Part shown: positions 36,700 through 45,932 of the stretch, piece after piece
Numbering within the stretch: position 1 is the first letter of the stretch
How the letters are laid out: every line of letters begins with the position of its first letter
Assembly: GCA_964354025.1 (NCBI GenBank)
Contig: CAYGXQ010000001.1
Location: forward strand, 5,963-69,962
DNA length: 64,000 bases
From: an uncultured Gammaproteobacteria bacterium
Lineage (GTDB): Bacteria; Patescibacteriota; Microgenomatia; 2-02-FULL-39-11
Reading direction: 5' to 3'
Notes under the pieces: generated by a model
What the model was told of the DNA's origin: nothing
Seen by the model: the letters and a program-made list of their open reading frames with translations, nothing else
Databases searched by the model: none
Program-made: the position numbers and the translations under genes

Positions 36700-36919
36700 A
36701 ACCTATCAGTTGCTGGTTCAAAGAATGCATGAGGTAGCCCTGTTGCCGACACAAAACGTCGGTTTCTTCACTCCTTTATATAAAAAAATAGCGCCAAAAC
36801 TGAAATTCTCACCCTGGAAAAGCGCCACAGTCATCTCCGTTACGGCCGCCGTCTGTCTGTATATTTTGTTTGGAGCAATTTTGGTTAGATTGGCATCTCT
36901 TCTTCAATTCGGTTTTTAA
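36686..36919 (+). CDS. Putative membrane-anchored anti-sigma factor
   Basis: 77 aa with a single TM, overlapping the sigma factor stop codon. The call rests on position and architecture alone. Confidence 0.3.
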   Translation: MKEDKTYQLLVQRMHEVALLPTQNVGFFTPLYKKIAPKLKFSPWKSATVISVTAAVCLYILFGAILVRLASLLQFGF

Positions 36920-36925
36920 CCCATT

Positions 36926-37555
36926 ATGGCTGATTTTGTCATCAAAATACTCAGACAATCTTTCCTGTTCGGTAGAAATGTTGCCGGCTGTTTGAACAAT
37001 CCTTATATTACTTTTCGGAAAATAGCGCTGGAAAAGAATAATTTTTGGCCGACCGCATTTATTACCCTTTTCTCGCTAGCCTATTTTGAATTTGCCGGTA
37101 TCATCAGAGCCGGTTTAGGCAACCCCATTTTTTTGACGTCGAAATTTAACAGCTTGGTATTGACTTCCTCCATCTGCTTTATCGGCTGCATTTCGCTTTT
37201 TTATCTTTTGGGAAAGATAATGAAGAAGACCGGCAGTTTCAGGACTTTGACCGTGCTTTGGTCTTACTCCCTTTTGCCGACCTTAATTTGGTTTTTTACC
37301 ACTTCCTGTTTGTATCTTATTTTGCCGCCGCCGCGGACGATGAGCATCCTGGGTAAAATCTATAGCGTATTCTATATCGCTTTTTCCATCGCTCTTCTTT
37401 ATTGGAAAATCATCCTTTACTATTTGACCTTGAGGTTCGGCTTGAAAATGGAAATCGGGAAAATTATGCTTGTCTCGGTTGTCTTTGTTGCCTATCTTGG
37501 ATTATTTGCATTGATTACATACCGTTTGGGAGTTTTCCGGATTCCGTTTATATGA
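36926..37555 (+). CDS. Hypothetical polytopic membrane protein
   Basis: 5 TM helices; the stop overlaps the hmgA start (ATGA). Confidence 0.35.
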   Translation: MADFVIKILRQSFLFGRNVAGCLNNPYITFRKIALEKNNFWPTAFITLFSLAYFEFAGIIRAGLGNPIFLTSKFNSLVLTSSICFIGCISLFYLLGKIMKKTGSFRTLTVLWSYSLLPTLIWFFTTSCLYLILPPPRTMSILGKIYSVFYIAFSIALLYWKIILYYLTLRFGLKMEIGKIMLVSVVFVAYLGLFALITYRLGVFRIPFI

Positions 37556-38706
37556 AATTACGACAATATAAAACCATTGAAGAAAGAAGAAAGTTGATCG
37601 AAGAAAAAACCAAGCTTTGTTTTGAGTCTATCAATATTTACCCTAAAGATTTAGAAGAAGCGCAGTTTCGAAACTGCGAAAATATGATCGGAGCAGTTCA
37701 GATTCCGCTTGGCATTGCCGGACCGTTACTGGTAAAAGGTCAGGAAGCCCGGGGAGAATATTTTTTGCCCCTAGCAACGACAGAAGGAGCTTTAGTGGCT
37801 TCAGTCAACCGCGGCTGTAAAGCAGTATCTTTAGCCGGCGGAGTAACTGTTTTTTCGGAAAATGCCGGGATGACCCGGGGTCCGATTTTCAAAACCAAAA
37901 ACCTTGAAGAGAGTTTTATGCTTAAAAAATGGCTGGAAGGGCATTTTGATTTGTTATCTCAAACCGCTTCTTTGACTTCGTCACATATCAAACTTCTTGA
38001 CGTTTTCATGAAAATAGTCGGCCGGAATGTTTATATCCGTTTCTCATACGATACTGATGAAGCGATGGGGATGAATATGGTGACTATTGCTACTGATAAA
38101 ATAGTGAAGTTGATAGAACAAAAGACGGGAACAGTCTGTCTTTCGCTGGCCGGCAATTTTGACACGGACAAAAAACCGTCATGGTTAAATTTTATTTTAG
38201 GCCGCGGCAGACAGGTTTGGGCAGAAGCGTTAATAAGTGAAAAAATAGTGAAGGAGGTTTTAAAAACTACTCCCCAAAAAATCCATCAGGTCGTTTTGGA
38301 TAAATGCCATTTAGGATCAATCGTCAGCGGTTCGATGGGATATAACGCCCATTTCGCCAATATTATTACCGCTCTTTTTATCGCTCTCGGTCAGGACGTT
38401 GCCCACACAGTTGAAGGAAGTCTGGGGGTGACTGCGACAGAAATAGCAAACGGAAATCTTTATATGACCGTCTATCTTCCGGATTTGCCGATCGGGACGG
38501 TGGGAGGAGGGACGGTTTTACCTTCCCAAAAAGAAGCGCTGAAGATTTTGGGAGTCGATCAAGAGAATGGAAAGAAAAACAGCCAGACTTTAGCAGAAAT
38601 TGTTGGAGGAGCCGTATTGGCAGGAGAATTATCACTGCTGGCTGCTTTGGCGCAAGGAGAATTGGCAGAAGCTCACGCGAGTTTGGCAAGAGGAAAAAAT
38701 GCATAA
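37552..38706 (+). CDS. hmgA: HMG-CoA reductase (class I-like)
   Basis: ENxIGxxxxPLGxAGPL, ATTEGxLVAS, DAMGMNMV and GTVGG motifs. The start is the internal ATG at 37552. Confidence 0.85.
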   Translation: MKLRQYKTIEERRKLIEEKTKLCFESINIYPKDLEEAQFRNCENMIGAVQIPLGIAGPLLVKGQEARGEYFLPLATTEGALVASVNRGCKAVSLAGGVTVFSENAGMTRGPIFKTKNLEESFMLKKWLEGHFDLLSQTASLTSSHIKLLDVFMKIVGRNVYIRFSYDTDEAMGMNMVTIATDKIVKLIEQKTGTVCLSLAGNFDTDKKPSWLNFILGRGRQVWAEALISEKIVKEVLKTTPQKIHQVVLDKCHLGSIVSGSMGYNAHFANIITALFIALGQDVAHTVEGSLGVTATEIANGNLYMTVYLPDLPIGTVGGGTVLPSQKEALKILGVDQENGKKNSQTLAEIVGGAVLAGELSLLAALAQGELAEAHASLARGKNA

Positions 38707-39742
38707 AGTCGGAATTACCGCTTACGGTGTTTATGTGCCAAGCAATCGGATTACAACCGCCGAGATTGCTTCTGTCTGGGGAAAAAATGCCGCCGATATC
38801 ACCAGATCATTGGGTGTCACCGAAAAATCAACGGCTGACCGTGATGAAGACACGGTGACTTTGGCCTTTGAAGCCGCTTCCAACGCGCTCCTTCGGACAA
38901 AGATCCTTCCCAGTCAGATAGACGCCTGTTTGGTTGGCTCCGAAAGCCATCCGTATGCCGTCAATCCCACTTCAACCATCGTGGCCGAATTCTTGGGTGT
39001 AGAAAAAAATTACCTGGCGGCTGATTTGGAGTTTGCCTGTAAAGCGGCGACCGCCGGTATAATTGCGCTATCAGGATTATTAATTTCCGGAAAAATCAAT
39101 TACGGTTTAGTGATTGGCAGCGACACCGCCCAAGCCAAACCGCACGATGTTTTGGAATATACGGCGGCGGCTGGCGCAGCCGCCTACATTTTAAGCCGTA
39201 AAGAAGCTGATTTTTTGGCCGAGATTTTGGATTTTGCCTCTTTTTCTTCAGATACTCCGGATTTTTGGCGGAGGGACGCTGTCCGTTTTCCCAGCCACGG
39301 CGGCCGGTTTACCGGAGAGCCGGCTTATTTTTATCATGTCGAATCAAGCGCCAGAAGCCTGCTCCAAAAGACCAAATCAGAACCGGCTGATTTTGCCTAC
39401 TGTGTTTTCCATATGCCCAACGGTAAATTTCCCCGGCAAGCGGCCAAACGTCTGGGTTTTTCCGAGAAACAACTGGCGCCTTCTTTGATTATTGACCAAA
39501 TAGGCAATCCTTACAGCGCCTCCAGTCTTTTAGGACTGGCGGCGGTTTTGGATATCGCCAAGGCCGGCGAAAAAATATTTATGGTTTCATACGGTTCCGG
39601 CGCCGGTTCAGACGCTTTTATTTTCGAAACCACTAAAAATCTTGAAAAAAGGCAAAAATCAGTGCCCACGTTTTCAGGTCAAATGAAAAATAAAAAATAC
39701 ATCTCTTATACCGATTATTTAAAATCAAGTAAAAAAATATGA
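38699..39742 (+). CDS. HMG-CoA synthase (archaeal type)
   Basis: GITAYGVYVP N-terminus plus the catalytic Cys context ACKAAT, at 347 aa. It overlaps hmgA by 8 nt. Confidence 0.8.
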   Translation: MHKVGITAYGVYVPSNRITTAEIASVWGKNAADITRSLGVTEKSTADRDEDTVTLAFEAASNALLRTKILPSQIDACLVGSESHPYAVNPTSTIVAEFLGVEKNYLAADLEFACKAATAGIIALSGLLISGKINYGLVIGSDTAQAKPHDVLEYTAAAGAAAYILSRKEADFLAEILDFASFSSDTPDFWRRDAVRFPSHGGRFTGEPAYFYHVESSARSLLQKTKSEPADFAYCVFHMPNGKFPRQAAKRLGFSEKQLAPSLIIDQIGNPYSASSLLGLAAVLDIAKAGEKIFMVSYGSGAGSDAFIFETTKNLEKRQKSVPTFSGQMKNKKYISYTDYLKSSKKI

Positions 39743-40887
39743 AAATCAATATTGCCGGCGCGGCCACTACCAAATTCGGTGAGCTCTGGCGGACTTCTCC
39801 TCGAGACTTGATCAAAGAAGCGGCCAGTAATGCTTTGGATCAGGCAAAAATAAAACCCTCGGCCGTTAAAGCGGTTTTCGTCGGCAACATGCTTTCCAGT
39901 GCTTTGGGTAATCAGGACCATTTGGGCGCTTTTTTTGCCGAGGAATTGGGGATGCCGGTAGCCGCCATGAAAATAGAAGGCGCTTGCGCCTCAGGCGGTT
40001 TGGCAGTTCATAGCGGTGTGATGGCCATTGAGTCAGGCCTTTACGGGACGGTTTTGGTTTTGGGAGTGGAGAAAATGACCGATCATAAACCTGAAGAAGT
40101 AGCTCAAATGCTGATGGGGGCAGGGACTGATGCCGAACGGGAAGCCGGGGCTACTTTTCCCGGGCTTTACGCGATTATGGCCAGGTGCCACATGCAAAAA
40201 TACGGGACTACCGAAGAGGAGATGGCGCAAGTGGCAGTCAAGAATCATTATCATGCTTCCCTTAATTCCCACGCCCAATTTGTTTTTCCGGTCACTTTGG
40301 AAAAGGTGATGAAGAGTCCGAAAGTGGCCGATCCTCTGAAGCTTTTGGACTGTTCGCCGATTACCGATGGCGCGGCGGCGGTAGTGTTAACAACGACTAA
40401 AGACCAACGAGCAAAGACCAATGTATCCATTATCGCTTCGGTGGTGGCGACCGATACTTTAGGCCTGTCTGAAAGGGAAGATCTGACCGGTTTGAAAGCG
40501 GTGAGAGTTGCCTCCCAAAAAGCCTACCGGATGGCGGGAATTTCCCCGAAAGAAATTGAGGTGGCCGAAGTGCATGACTGTTTTACCATTGCCGAAATCA
40601 TGGCTATGGAAGATTTGGGATTTTTCGAAAAAGGAAAAGCGGCCCGAGCCATCACTTCCGGAAAGACAAAGTTGGGCGGCAGCGGGCCGATAGTCAATAC
40701 TTCCGGAGGGCTGAAAGCCTGCGGTCATCCGGTGGGAGCCACCGGCGTCAAACAGATTGTCGAGATTTACAGTCAGTTAAAAGGAATTGCCGGCCGGAAA
40801 CAGGTTGAAGGAGCAAAAATCGGTTTAACTCATAATGTCGGCGGTAGCGGAGCAACGGCAGTTGTTCATATTTTAATAAAAGGATAA
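39739..40887 (+). CDS. Acetyl-CoA acetyltransferase (archaeal-type thiolase)
   Basis: Catalytic Cys in GACASGG, a C-terminal CGHPVGATG, and N-terminal similarity to SCP-x/archaeal thiolases. Confidence 0.8.
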   Translation: MKINIAGAATTKFGELWRTSPRDLIKEAASNALDQAKIKPSAVKAVFVGNMLSSALGNQDHLGAFFAEELGMPVAAMKIEGACASGGLAVHSGVMAIESGLYGTVLVLGVEKMTDHKPEEVAQMLMGAGTDAEREAGATFPGLYAIMARCHMQKYGTTEEEMAQVAVKNHYHASLNSHAQFVFPVTLEKVMKSPKVADPLKLLDCSPITDGAAAVVLTTTKDQRAKTNVSIIASVVATDTLGLSEREDLTGLKAVRVASQKAYRMAGISPKEIEVAEVHDCFTIAEIMAMEDLGFFEKGKAARAITSGKTKLGGSGPIVNTSGGLKACGHPVGATGVKQIVEIYSQLKGIAGRKQVEGAKIGLTHNVGGSGATAVVHILIKG

Positions 40888-40901
40888 GTATATAAGTATA
40901 T

Positions 40902-41201
40902 ATGATTTCACCTGTAAAAATTTGGCGAAACCAGAAAAGGATAAGACAACTTTTGGGTTTGGAGGGGAAAATCGTTTCCTTTACCAAAATATTCGTGCCG
41001 CCGGCCGGTTTCGAAGCCCAGGCTCCTTATATTGTCGCTTTGGTTAAACTGGACAACGGCCGAAATTTTACCGCCCAGATGGTCGATTGGGAAGAAAAAC
41101 AATTACAGATCGGACAAAAAGTAAAAACCATCCTTCGTAAAACCCGGGACCCGGGAGAAGAAGGGATCATTCCATACGGGATTAAATTCAGACCGATATG
41201 A
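40902..41201 (+). CDS. DUF35 OB-fold protein (scaffold subunit of the archaeal thiolase/HMG-CoA synthase complex)
   Basis: 99 aa; sits between the thiolase and mevalonate kinase genes; lacks the Zn-ribbon. Confidence 0.55.
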   Translation: MISPVKIWRNQKRIRQLLGLEGKIVSFTKIFVPPAGFEAQAPYIVALVKLDNGRNFTAQMVDWEEKQLQIGQKVKTILRKTRDPGEEGIIPYGIKFRPI

Positions 41202-42151
41202 CTCTTACAGTTTCCGCTCCGGGTAAAATCCATCTTTTAGGTGAACACGCGGTCGTTTACGGGAGACCGGCGTTTTTAGCGGCGATTGATAAAAGACTTT
41301 ACGTAAGTATTAAGTATCAGGTATCAGGTATCAGGTATAAAAATAACTCGCTAATTAATTCATCTGAAAAAAAAGATTTGATCCATAGCGCGATTGAAGT
41401 TTTTAAAAAATATTATCAACTAGATAAATTACCTCCAATAGAAATTACCGTAGATTCCCAGATTCCCGTCGGTAGCGGGCTTGGTTCATCGGCCGCGCTT
41501 TCAGCCGCCTTGATCGGCGCACTGATGAAACTTATCAAAAATCTCTGGAATCCGGTAAAAATAAACGAGTTGGTTTACGAAGTGGAAAAAATAGCCCACG
41601 GTCATCCTTCAGGCGCGGATAACACAGCGGTTGTTTTCGGCGGCTTGGTCTGGTACCGGCGTGAATTTGATTTTTTAAAATCCATTTGGAGCTTGCCGGT
41701 TACCGCTTATAAAATCCCTAAATTTCTTTTGATAGATTCGGGCAGACCGATTGAAACAACTAAAAAGATGGTAGAGGCGGTTGCTTCTCAATATCATAAA
41801 AATCCAAAAAAGATGGAAGTAGTTTTTGCCGATCAGGAGAAACAGACAAAAAAACTGCTTTTGGCTTTAAAAAGCGGCGACCGTCAAATTTTGATTAGAA
41901 CGATGAAAAAAGGACAGAGGAATCTGGATAAAATATCTGTTGTTGGTTCATACGCAAGAAAAATTATCAAAGAGATTGAAAAGGCGGGAGGAGCGGCAAA
42001 AGTTACCGGCGCCGGGGGAAAGAAAAAAGGAAGCGGAATGATTCTTGCTTATCATCATGATCCAAGCGTCATCCAGCAAATTGCGGCAATGTTTAAAGTG
42101 TCAGTTTTATCGGTTGATTTAGGAGGAGAAGGAGTGCGGATTGAGTATTAG
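41198..42151 (+). CDS. mvk: Mevalonate kinase (GHMP family)
   Basis: APGKIHLLGEHAVVYG and PVGSGLGSSAA, with a C-terminal GAGGKKKGSG. Contains an in-frame GTATCA hexamer repeat. Confidence 0.75.
   Translation: MTLTVSAPGKIHLLGEHAVVYGRPAFLAAIDKRLYVSIKYQVSGIRYKNNSLINSSEKKDLIHSAIEVFKKYYQLDKLPPIEITVDSQIPVGSGLGSSAALSAALIGALMKLIKNLWNPVKINELVYEVEKIAHGHPSGADNTAVVFGGLVWYRREFDFLKSIWSLPVTAYKIPKFLLIDSGRPIETTKKMVEAVASQYHKNPKKMEVVFADQEKQTKKLLLALKSGDRQILIRTMKKGQRNLDKISVVGSYARKIIKEIEKAGGAAKVTGAGGKKKGSGMILAYHHDPSVIQQIAAMFKVSVLSVDLGGEGVRIEY
41305..41338. repeat. In-frame hexamer microsatellite (AGTATT/GGTATC, about 5.5 units) inside mvk
   Basis: aagtattaagtatcaggtatcaggtatcaggtat, encoding VSIKYQVSGIRYK. Confidence 0.6.
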
Positions 42152-42236
42152 GTATTAGGTATCAAGTATTAAGTATAAAAATACTTTTTTAATAAATACA
42201 TAATACCTAATACTTAATACCTGATACTTTATACTA
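42144..42236. repeat. Palindromic hexamer-repeat hairpin (GTATTA/GGTATC arms) in the mvk-kinase intergenic spacer
   Basis: A left arm of hexamer repeats and a right arm that is its approximate reverse complement, separated by an AT-rich loop. Confidence 0.55.
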
Positions 42237-42238
42237 TT

Positions 42239-43150
42239 ATGTCAATTACAGTAACAGCGCCGGGGAAACTGATGCTCATGGGAGACCATGCGGTGGTTTA
42301 CGGCCGGCCGTGCCTGGTGGCCACCGTTGATAAATATTTGACCGTCAAAGCCGGTTTATCAGATAGTCAAGACGATGTTTTGGCAACGCCCACGGCAAAC
42401 AATCAGACTTTTTTGACCCAGGCGATAAAATTATTCCGGGAACATTACCGGCTGGACAAACCGGTGACGCTCGAGACGGAAAGCGAGTTGGGAAATTACG
42501 GTTTAGGTTCGTCATCGGCGGTGACGGTGGCAACAATCAAAGCCTTAAGCGAGTTATTCCAGCAAAAAATTACGGATAGAGAATTATTTGATCTGTCGTT
42601 TAAAACTGTTTTGTCGGTTCAGGGTTTGGGATCGGGTTTTGACGTGGCCAGCGTCATATATGGCGGCATTATTTATTTTGTTTCCAAAGGTGAAACGATC
42701 GAACGGTTACCGATGACGGATTTAAATTTGGTTGTTGGTTACTCCGGAGTGAAAGCCGATACGGTCAAAATGGTAAAATCGGTGGAAGGAAAAAAGAAAC
42801 AGTACTCGGAAGGGGTAGAGAAAATTTTTAACAGCATTGCCGACTTGGTGGAAAAGGGAAAAAATGCCATCTTTGAAAAAGACTGGCCGACTCTGGGGAA
42901 ATATCTGAATTACCATCAGGACTATCTGGAGGATTTGGGCGTTTCGACGCCAAAACTGGCCGGGATGATTGCGGCGGCCAGGGAAGCCGGCGCCTACGGA
43001 GCCAAGTTGTCCGGAGCCGGCGGAGGAGATTGCATGTTCGCATTAGTTGACCAAACTTCAAAAGAAAAAGTGACCAAAGCAATCGAAAAAGCGGGTGGAG
43101 AAATTGTCGAAATGATTGTTGGAACAGCGAAAGGCGTGAGTCAGGTATGA
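42239..43150 (+). CDS. Second GHMP kinase, probable phosphomevalonate kinase
   Basis: APGKLMLMGDHAVVYG, GLGSSSAV and GAGGGDC motifs. Its position between mvk and the decarboxylase supports the call. Confidence 0.55.
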   Translation: MSITVTAPGKLMLMGDHAVVYGRPCLVATVDKYLTVKAGLSDSQDDVLATPTANNQTFLTQAIKLFREHYRLDKPVTLETESELGNYGLGSSSAVTVATIKALSELFQQKITDRELFDLSFKTVLSVQGLGSGFDVASVIYGGIIYFVSKGETIERLPMTDLNLVVGYSGVKADTVKMVKSVEGKKKQYSEGVEKIFNSIADLVEKGKNAIFEKDWPTLGKYLNYHQDYLEDLGVSTPKLAGMIAAAREAGAYGAKLSGAGGGDCMFALVDQTSKEKVTKAIEKAGGEIVEMIVGTAKGVSQV

Positions 43151-44127
43151 AAGCAACCGCTATCGCACCATCAAATATCGCCTTTATCAAATACTGGGGA
43201 AAGACGGATGAAATCTTGCGTCTGCCGGCAAACAGTAGTATTTCCATGAATTTAAGCGAGTTGCAGACAACTACTACCGTGGAATTTAATAATGATTTAA
43301 ATGAAGACACAGTGCTTATTGACGGGAAAAAAGTTACAGAGCTGAAAAAAAAGCGGGTAACAGAGCATCTGGACCGGATCAGAAAAATGGCCGGAATAAA
43401 TTCGAAAGGGAAAGTAGTCAGTCAAAATAATTTTCCCATGGGAGGAGGATTATCTTCCTCCGCTTCCGCTTTTGCGGCCTTGACCCTGGCGGGAGTGATT
43501 GCCGCCGGTTTGGATTTGACGGAAAAAGAATTGTCAATTTTAGCCAGGCAGGCTTCCGGTTCGGCTTGCCGGTCAATCCCCGACGGTTTTGTGGAATGGT
43601 TGGAAGGTAAAACCAATGAGGATTCCTACGCTGTTTCCCTGTTTCCCCACGACTTTTGGGAGATCTGCGATATTGTCGTTGTTGTTAACACTGCCGAAAA
43701 GGCGGTAACTACTACAGAGGCGCAACAATCGGCCTTTTCCAGCCCGTTTTTCAGGGAAAGATTGAGTAAAATCGACGATAAAATTTCCCTGCTTAAAAAA
43801 TATCTTGGAGAAAAAGATTTCCCTAAATTTGGAACACTCGTGGAAAATGAAGCTTTGGAAATGCACGCTATCATCATGACCTGCCAACCGAGCTATCTTT
43901 ATTGGCTGCCGGAAACGGTCAAATTAATGTTACTCGTGAGACAGTGGCGGAAAGACGGCCTAGCGGTTTATTTTACGATTAATACCGGCCATGATCTGCA
44001 CCTGCTTTGTCAGAAAAATGACGTAGACAGAATAACTCAATTGTTAAAAGTGATCCCGGAGGTAAAAAATATAATAATTAATCAACCGGCAGTCGGGGCA
44101 AAAACAATCGATAAACATTTATTTTAA
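43147..44127 (+). CDS. Mevalonate diphosphate (or phosphomevalonate) decarboxylase
   Basis: N-terminal NIAFIKYWGK, GGGLSSSASAFAAL and RxxSGSACRS motifs. Confidence 0.75.
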   Translation: MKATAIAPSNIAFIKYWGKTDEILRLPANSSISMNLSELQTTTTVEFNNDLNEDTVLIDGKKVTELKKKRVTEHLDRIRKMAGINSKGKVVSQNNFPMGGGLSSSASAFAALTLAGVIAAGLDLTEKELSILARQASGSACRSIPDGFVEWLEGKTNEDSYAVSLFPHDFWEICDIVVVVNTAEKAVTTTEAQQSAFSSPFFRERLSKIDDKISLLKKYLGEKDFPKFGTLVENEALEMHAIIMTCQPSYLYWLPETVKLMLLVRQWRKDGLAVYFTINTGHDLHLLCQKNDVDRITQLLKVIPEVKNIIINQPAVGAKTIDKHLF

Positions 44128-45165
44128 GTGCTTATGCATTTTAAAGATTATTTAGAAGATTCAAAAAAAGAAATTGAAAAAGAGATGTCCATAGTTTTTA
44201 ACGGATGGGAAAAAGAGATTGCCGGGACTAAGCCGAAACTATTGCCGCTATTTCAGGCTTTGGTGGGAAGTATGACCGGCGGGAAGAAATTACGCGGAAC
44301 GCTGGTTAAATTGGGATATTCTCTCATTAATCCCAATCCTCCGCCGGAAATTATTAAGGCGTCTTTAGCTTACGAAATTTTCCAAACTTCCATCCTCATC
44401 CATGATGATATTATTGACAGAAGTGAACTTCGGCGCGGGAAAAAGTCCCTTTACACATTATTAGGTGCTGATCATTATGGCATCTCCCAGGCGATTTGTT
44501 TGGGTGATCTTGGTTTTTTTCTCTCCCTAAAACTTTTTAATTCATTGGATTTTCCTAAAACCAATAAAGAGATGGCTACCCGGTTATTTATCCAAACAAT
44601 GCAGGATACGGTTTTGGGAGAAATGGCGGATATTCAGGAAGCCGGGAAAAAATTAATTTCCGAGAAAAAAATTATTGATATTTATCGCAGTAAAACCGCC
44701 CTCTATACCATCATCGGACCGATGCAGCTTGGCGCGGTTTTGGCTGGAGCTGATAAAAAAATTCTTACTGAGATAAGAAATTTCGGCGAAAATTTAGGAA
44801 TTGCTTTCCAAATATATGATGATATCATAGGAGTTTTTGGTCAAAAAGAAATCACCGGCAAATCGGCCTCATCTGATATTAAAGAAGGGAAAGCCACCTT
44901 ACTATTGATTGAGGCGAGAAAACAGGTCAATCAAAAACAATTAGATATTCTTGACAAATATTACGGTCAAGATAAAGTAACAGAAAATGAAGCGGAAATA
45001 ATAAGAAAAGTTTTTATTGAAACAGGCGCATTGACATGCACAGAAGAAAAAGCTAAGGAATATATGACCGAAGCCAAAGCGCAAATCTCTACAATGAAGA
45101 TAAGCAGTAATATGAGGAAAATATTATTTGAATTAGTAGACGATCTTACCAATAGAGTAAAATAA
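44128..45165 (+). CDS. Polyprenyl diphosphate synthase (trans-isoprenyl diphosphate synthase)
   Basis: First DDIID (LIHDDIIDR) and second DDxxD (QIYDDIIG) motifs. Confidence 0.85.
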   Translation: MLMHFKDYLEDSKKEIEKEMSIVFNGWEKEIAGTKPKLLPLFQALVGSMTGGKKLRGTLVKLGYSLINPNPPPEIIKASLAYEIFQTSILIHDDIIDRSELRRGKKSLYTLLGADHYGISQAICLGDLGFFLSLKLFNSLDFPKTNKEMATRLFIQTMQDTVLGEMADIQEAGKKLISEKKIIDIYRSKTALYTIIGPMQLGAVLAGADKKILTEIRNFGENLGIAFQIYDDIIGVFGQKEITGKSASSDIKEGKATLLLIEARKQVNQKQLDILDKYYGQDKVTENEAEIIRKVFIETGALTCTEEKAKEYMTEAKAQISTMKISSNMRKILFELVDDLTNRVK

Positions 45166-45169
45166 GCCT

Positions 45170-45913
45170 ATGATAAAGGGAAATATTCCCACACACGTCG
45201 CTTTCATCATGGACGGCAACCGCCGGTGGGCCAAAGAACGCGGTAAGCCAGTCTTTGAAGGTCACCGGGAAGGGGAAAAGCGGGTTGAACCGCTGATCGA
45301 TAAAGCGATAGAAATGGGTATTTCGCATCTTACTTTTTGGGCCTTCTCAACGGAAAATTGGTACCGTTCAAGCAAAGAAGTGCAATTCCTCTGCAATATA
45401 TTCAGGTATGTCCTTGATAAAAAATACGACGCATATCACCGGAAAAACATAAAAATAAATATCATTGGTGATCTATCCAAATTTCCGGAAGATATTCAGA
45501 AAAAGACCAAAAAGTGGATGGAGGAGATGAAAAATAACAAGAAAATCACCGTTAATTTTGCCTTAAATTACGGCGGTCGGGACGAGATTATGCGCGCCAT
45601 TAATAAATTGAATCATGAATTAAGAATTAAGAATTATGCCTGTCCGCCATCAGCTATTGCTGAAGGCAATTGCAGGCGGGAATTAGGAGTAACAAAAGAA
45701 GAATTTGAGAAATATTTGGATACGGCGGGACAGCCGGATCCGGATCTGATCATAAGAACCGGAGGCGAAAAAAGACTATCCGGTTTTCTTTTGTGGCAGT
45801 CGGAATACGCGGAATTGTATTTTACCGAATCTTTTTGGCCGGATTTTACTCCGGCGGAATTTGAGAAAGCGGTTGATGATTATTCAAACAGAAAGAGAAG
45901 ATTTGGGAAATAG
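45170..45913 (+). CDS. uppS: Undecaprenyl diphosphate synthase (cis-prenyltransferase)
   Basis: HVAFIMDGNRRWA, FSTENWYR and RTGGEKRLSGFLLWQ motifs. Confidence 0.9.
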   Translation: MIKGNIPTHVAFIMDGNRRWAKERGKPVFEGHREGEKRVEPLIDKAIEMGISHLTFWAFSTENWYRSSKEVQFLCNIFRYVLDKKYDAYHRKNIKINIIGDLSKFPEDIQKKTKKWMEEMKNNKKITVNFALNYGGRDEIMRAINKLNHELRIKNYACPPSAIAEGNCRRELGVTKEEFEKYLDTAGQPDPDLIIRTGGEKRLSGFLLWQSEYAELYFTESFWPDFTPAEFEKAVDDYSNRKRRFGK

Positions 45914-45932
45914 TATCAGTATCAGTATAGAT

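Noticed and set aside
39234-40728. Several 60-90 aa ORFs overlapping the HMG-CoA synthase and thiolase genes
   Set aside because: They lie in alternate frames of well-supported enzymes.
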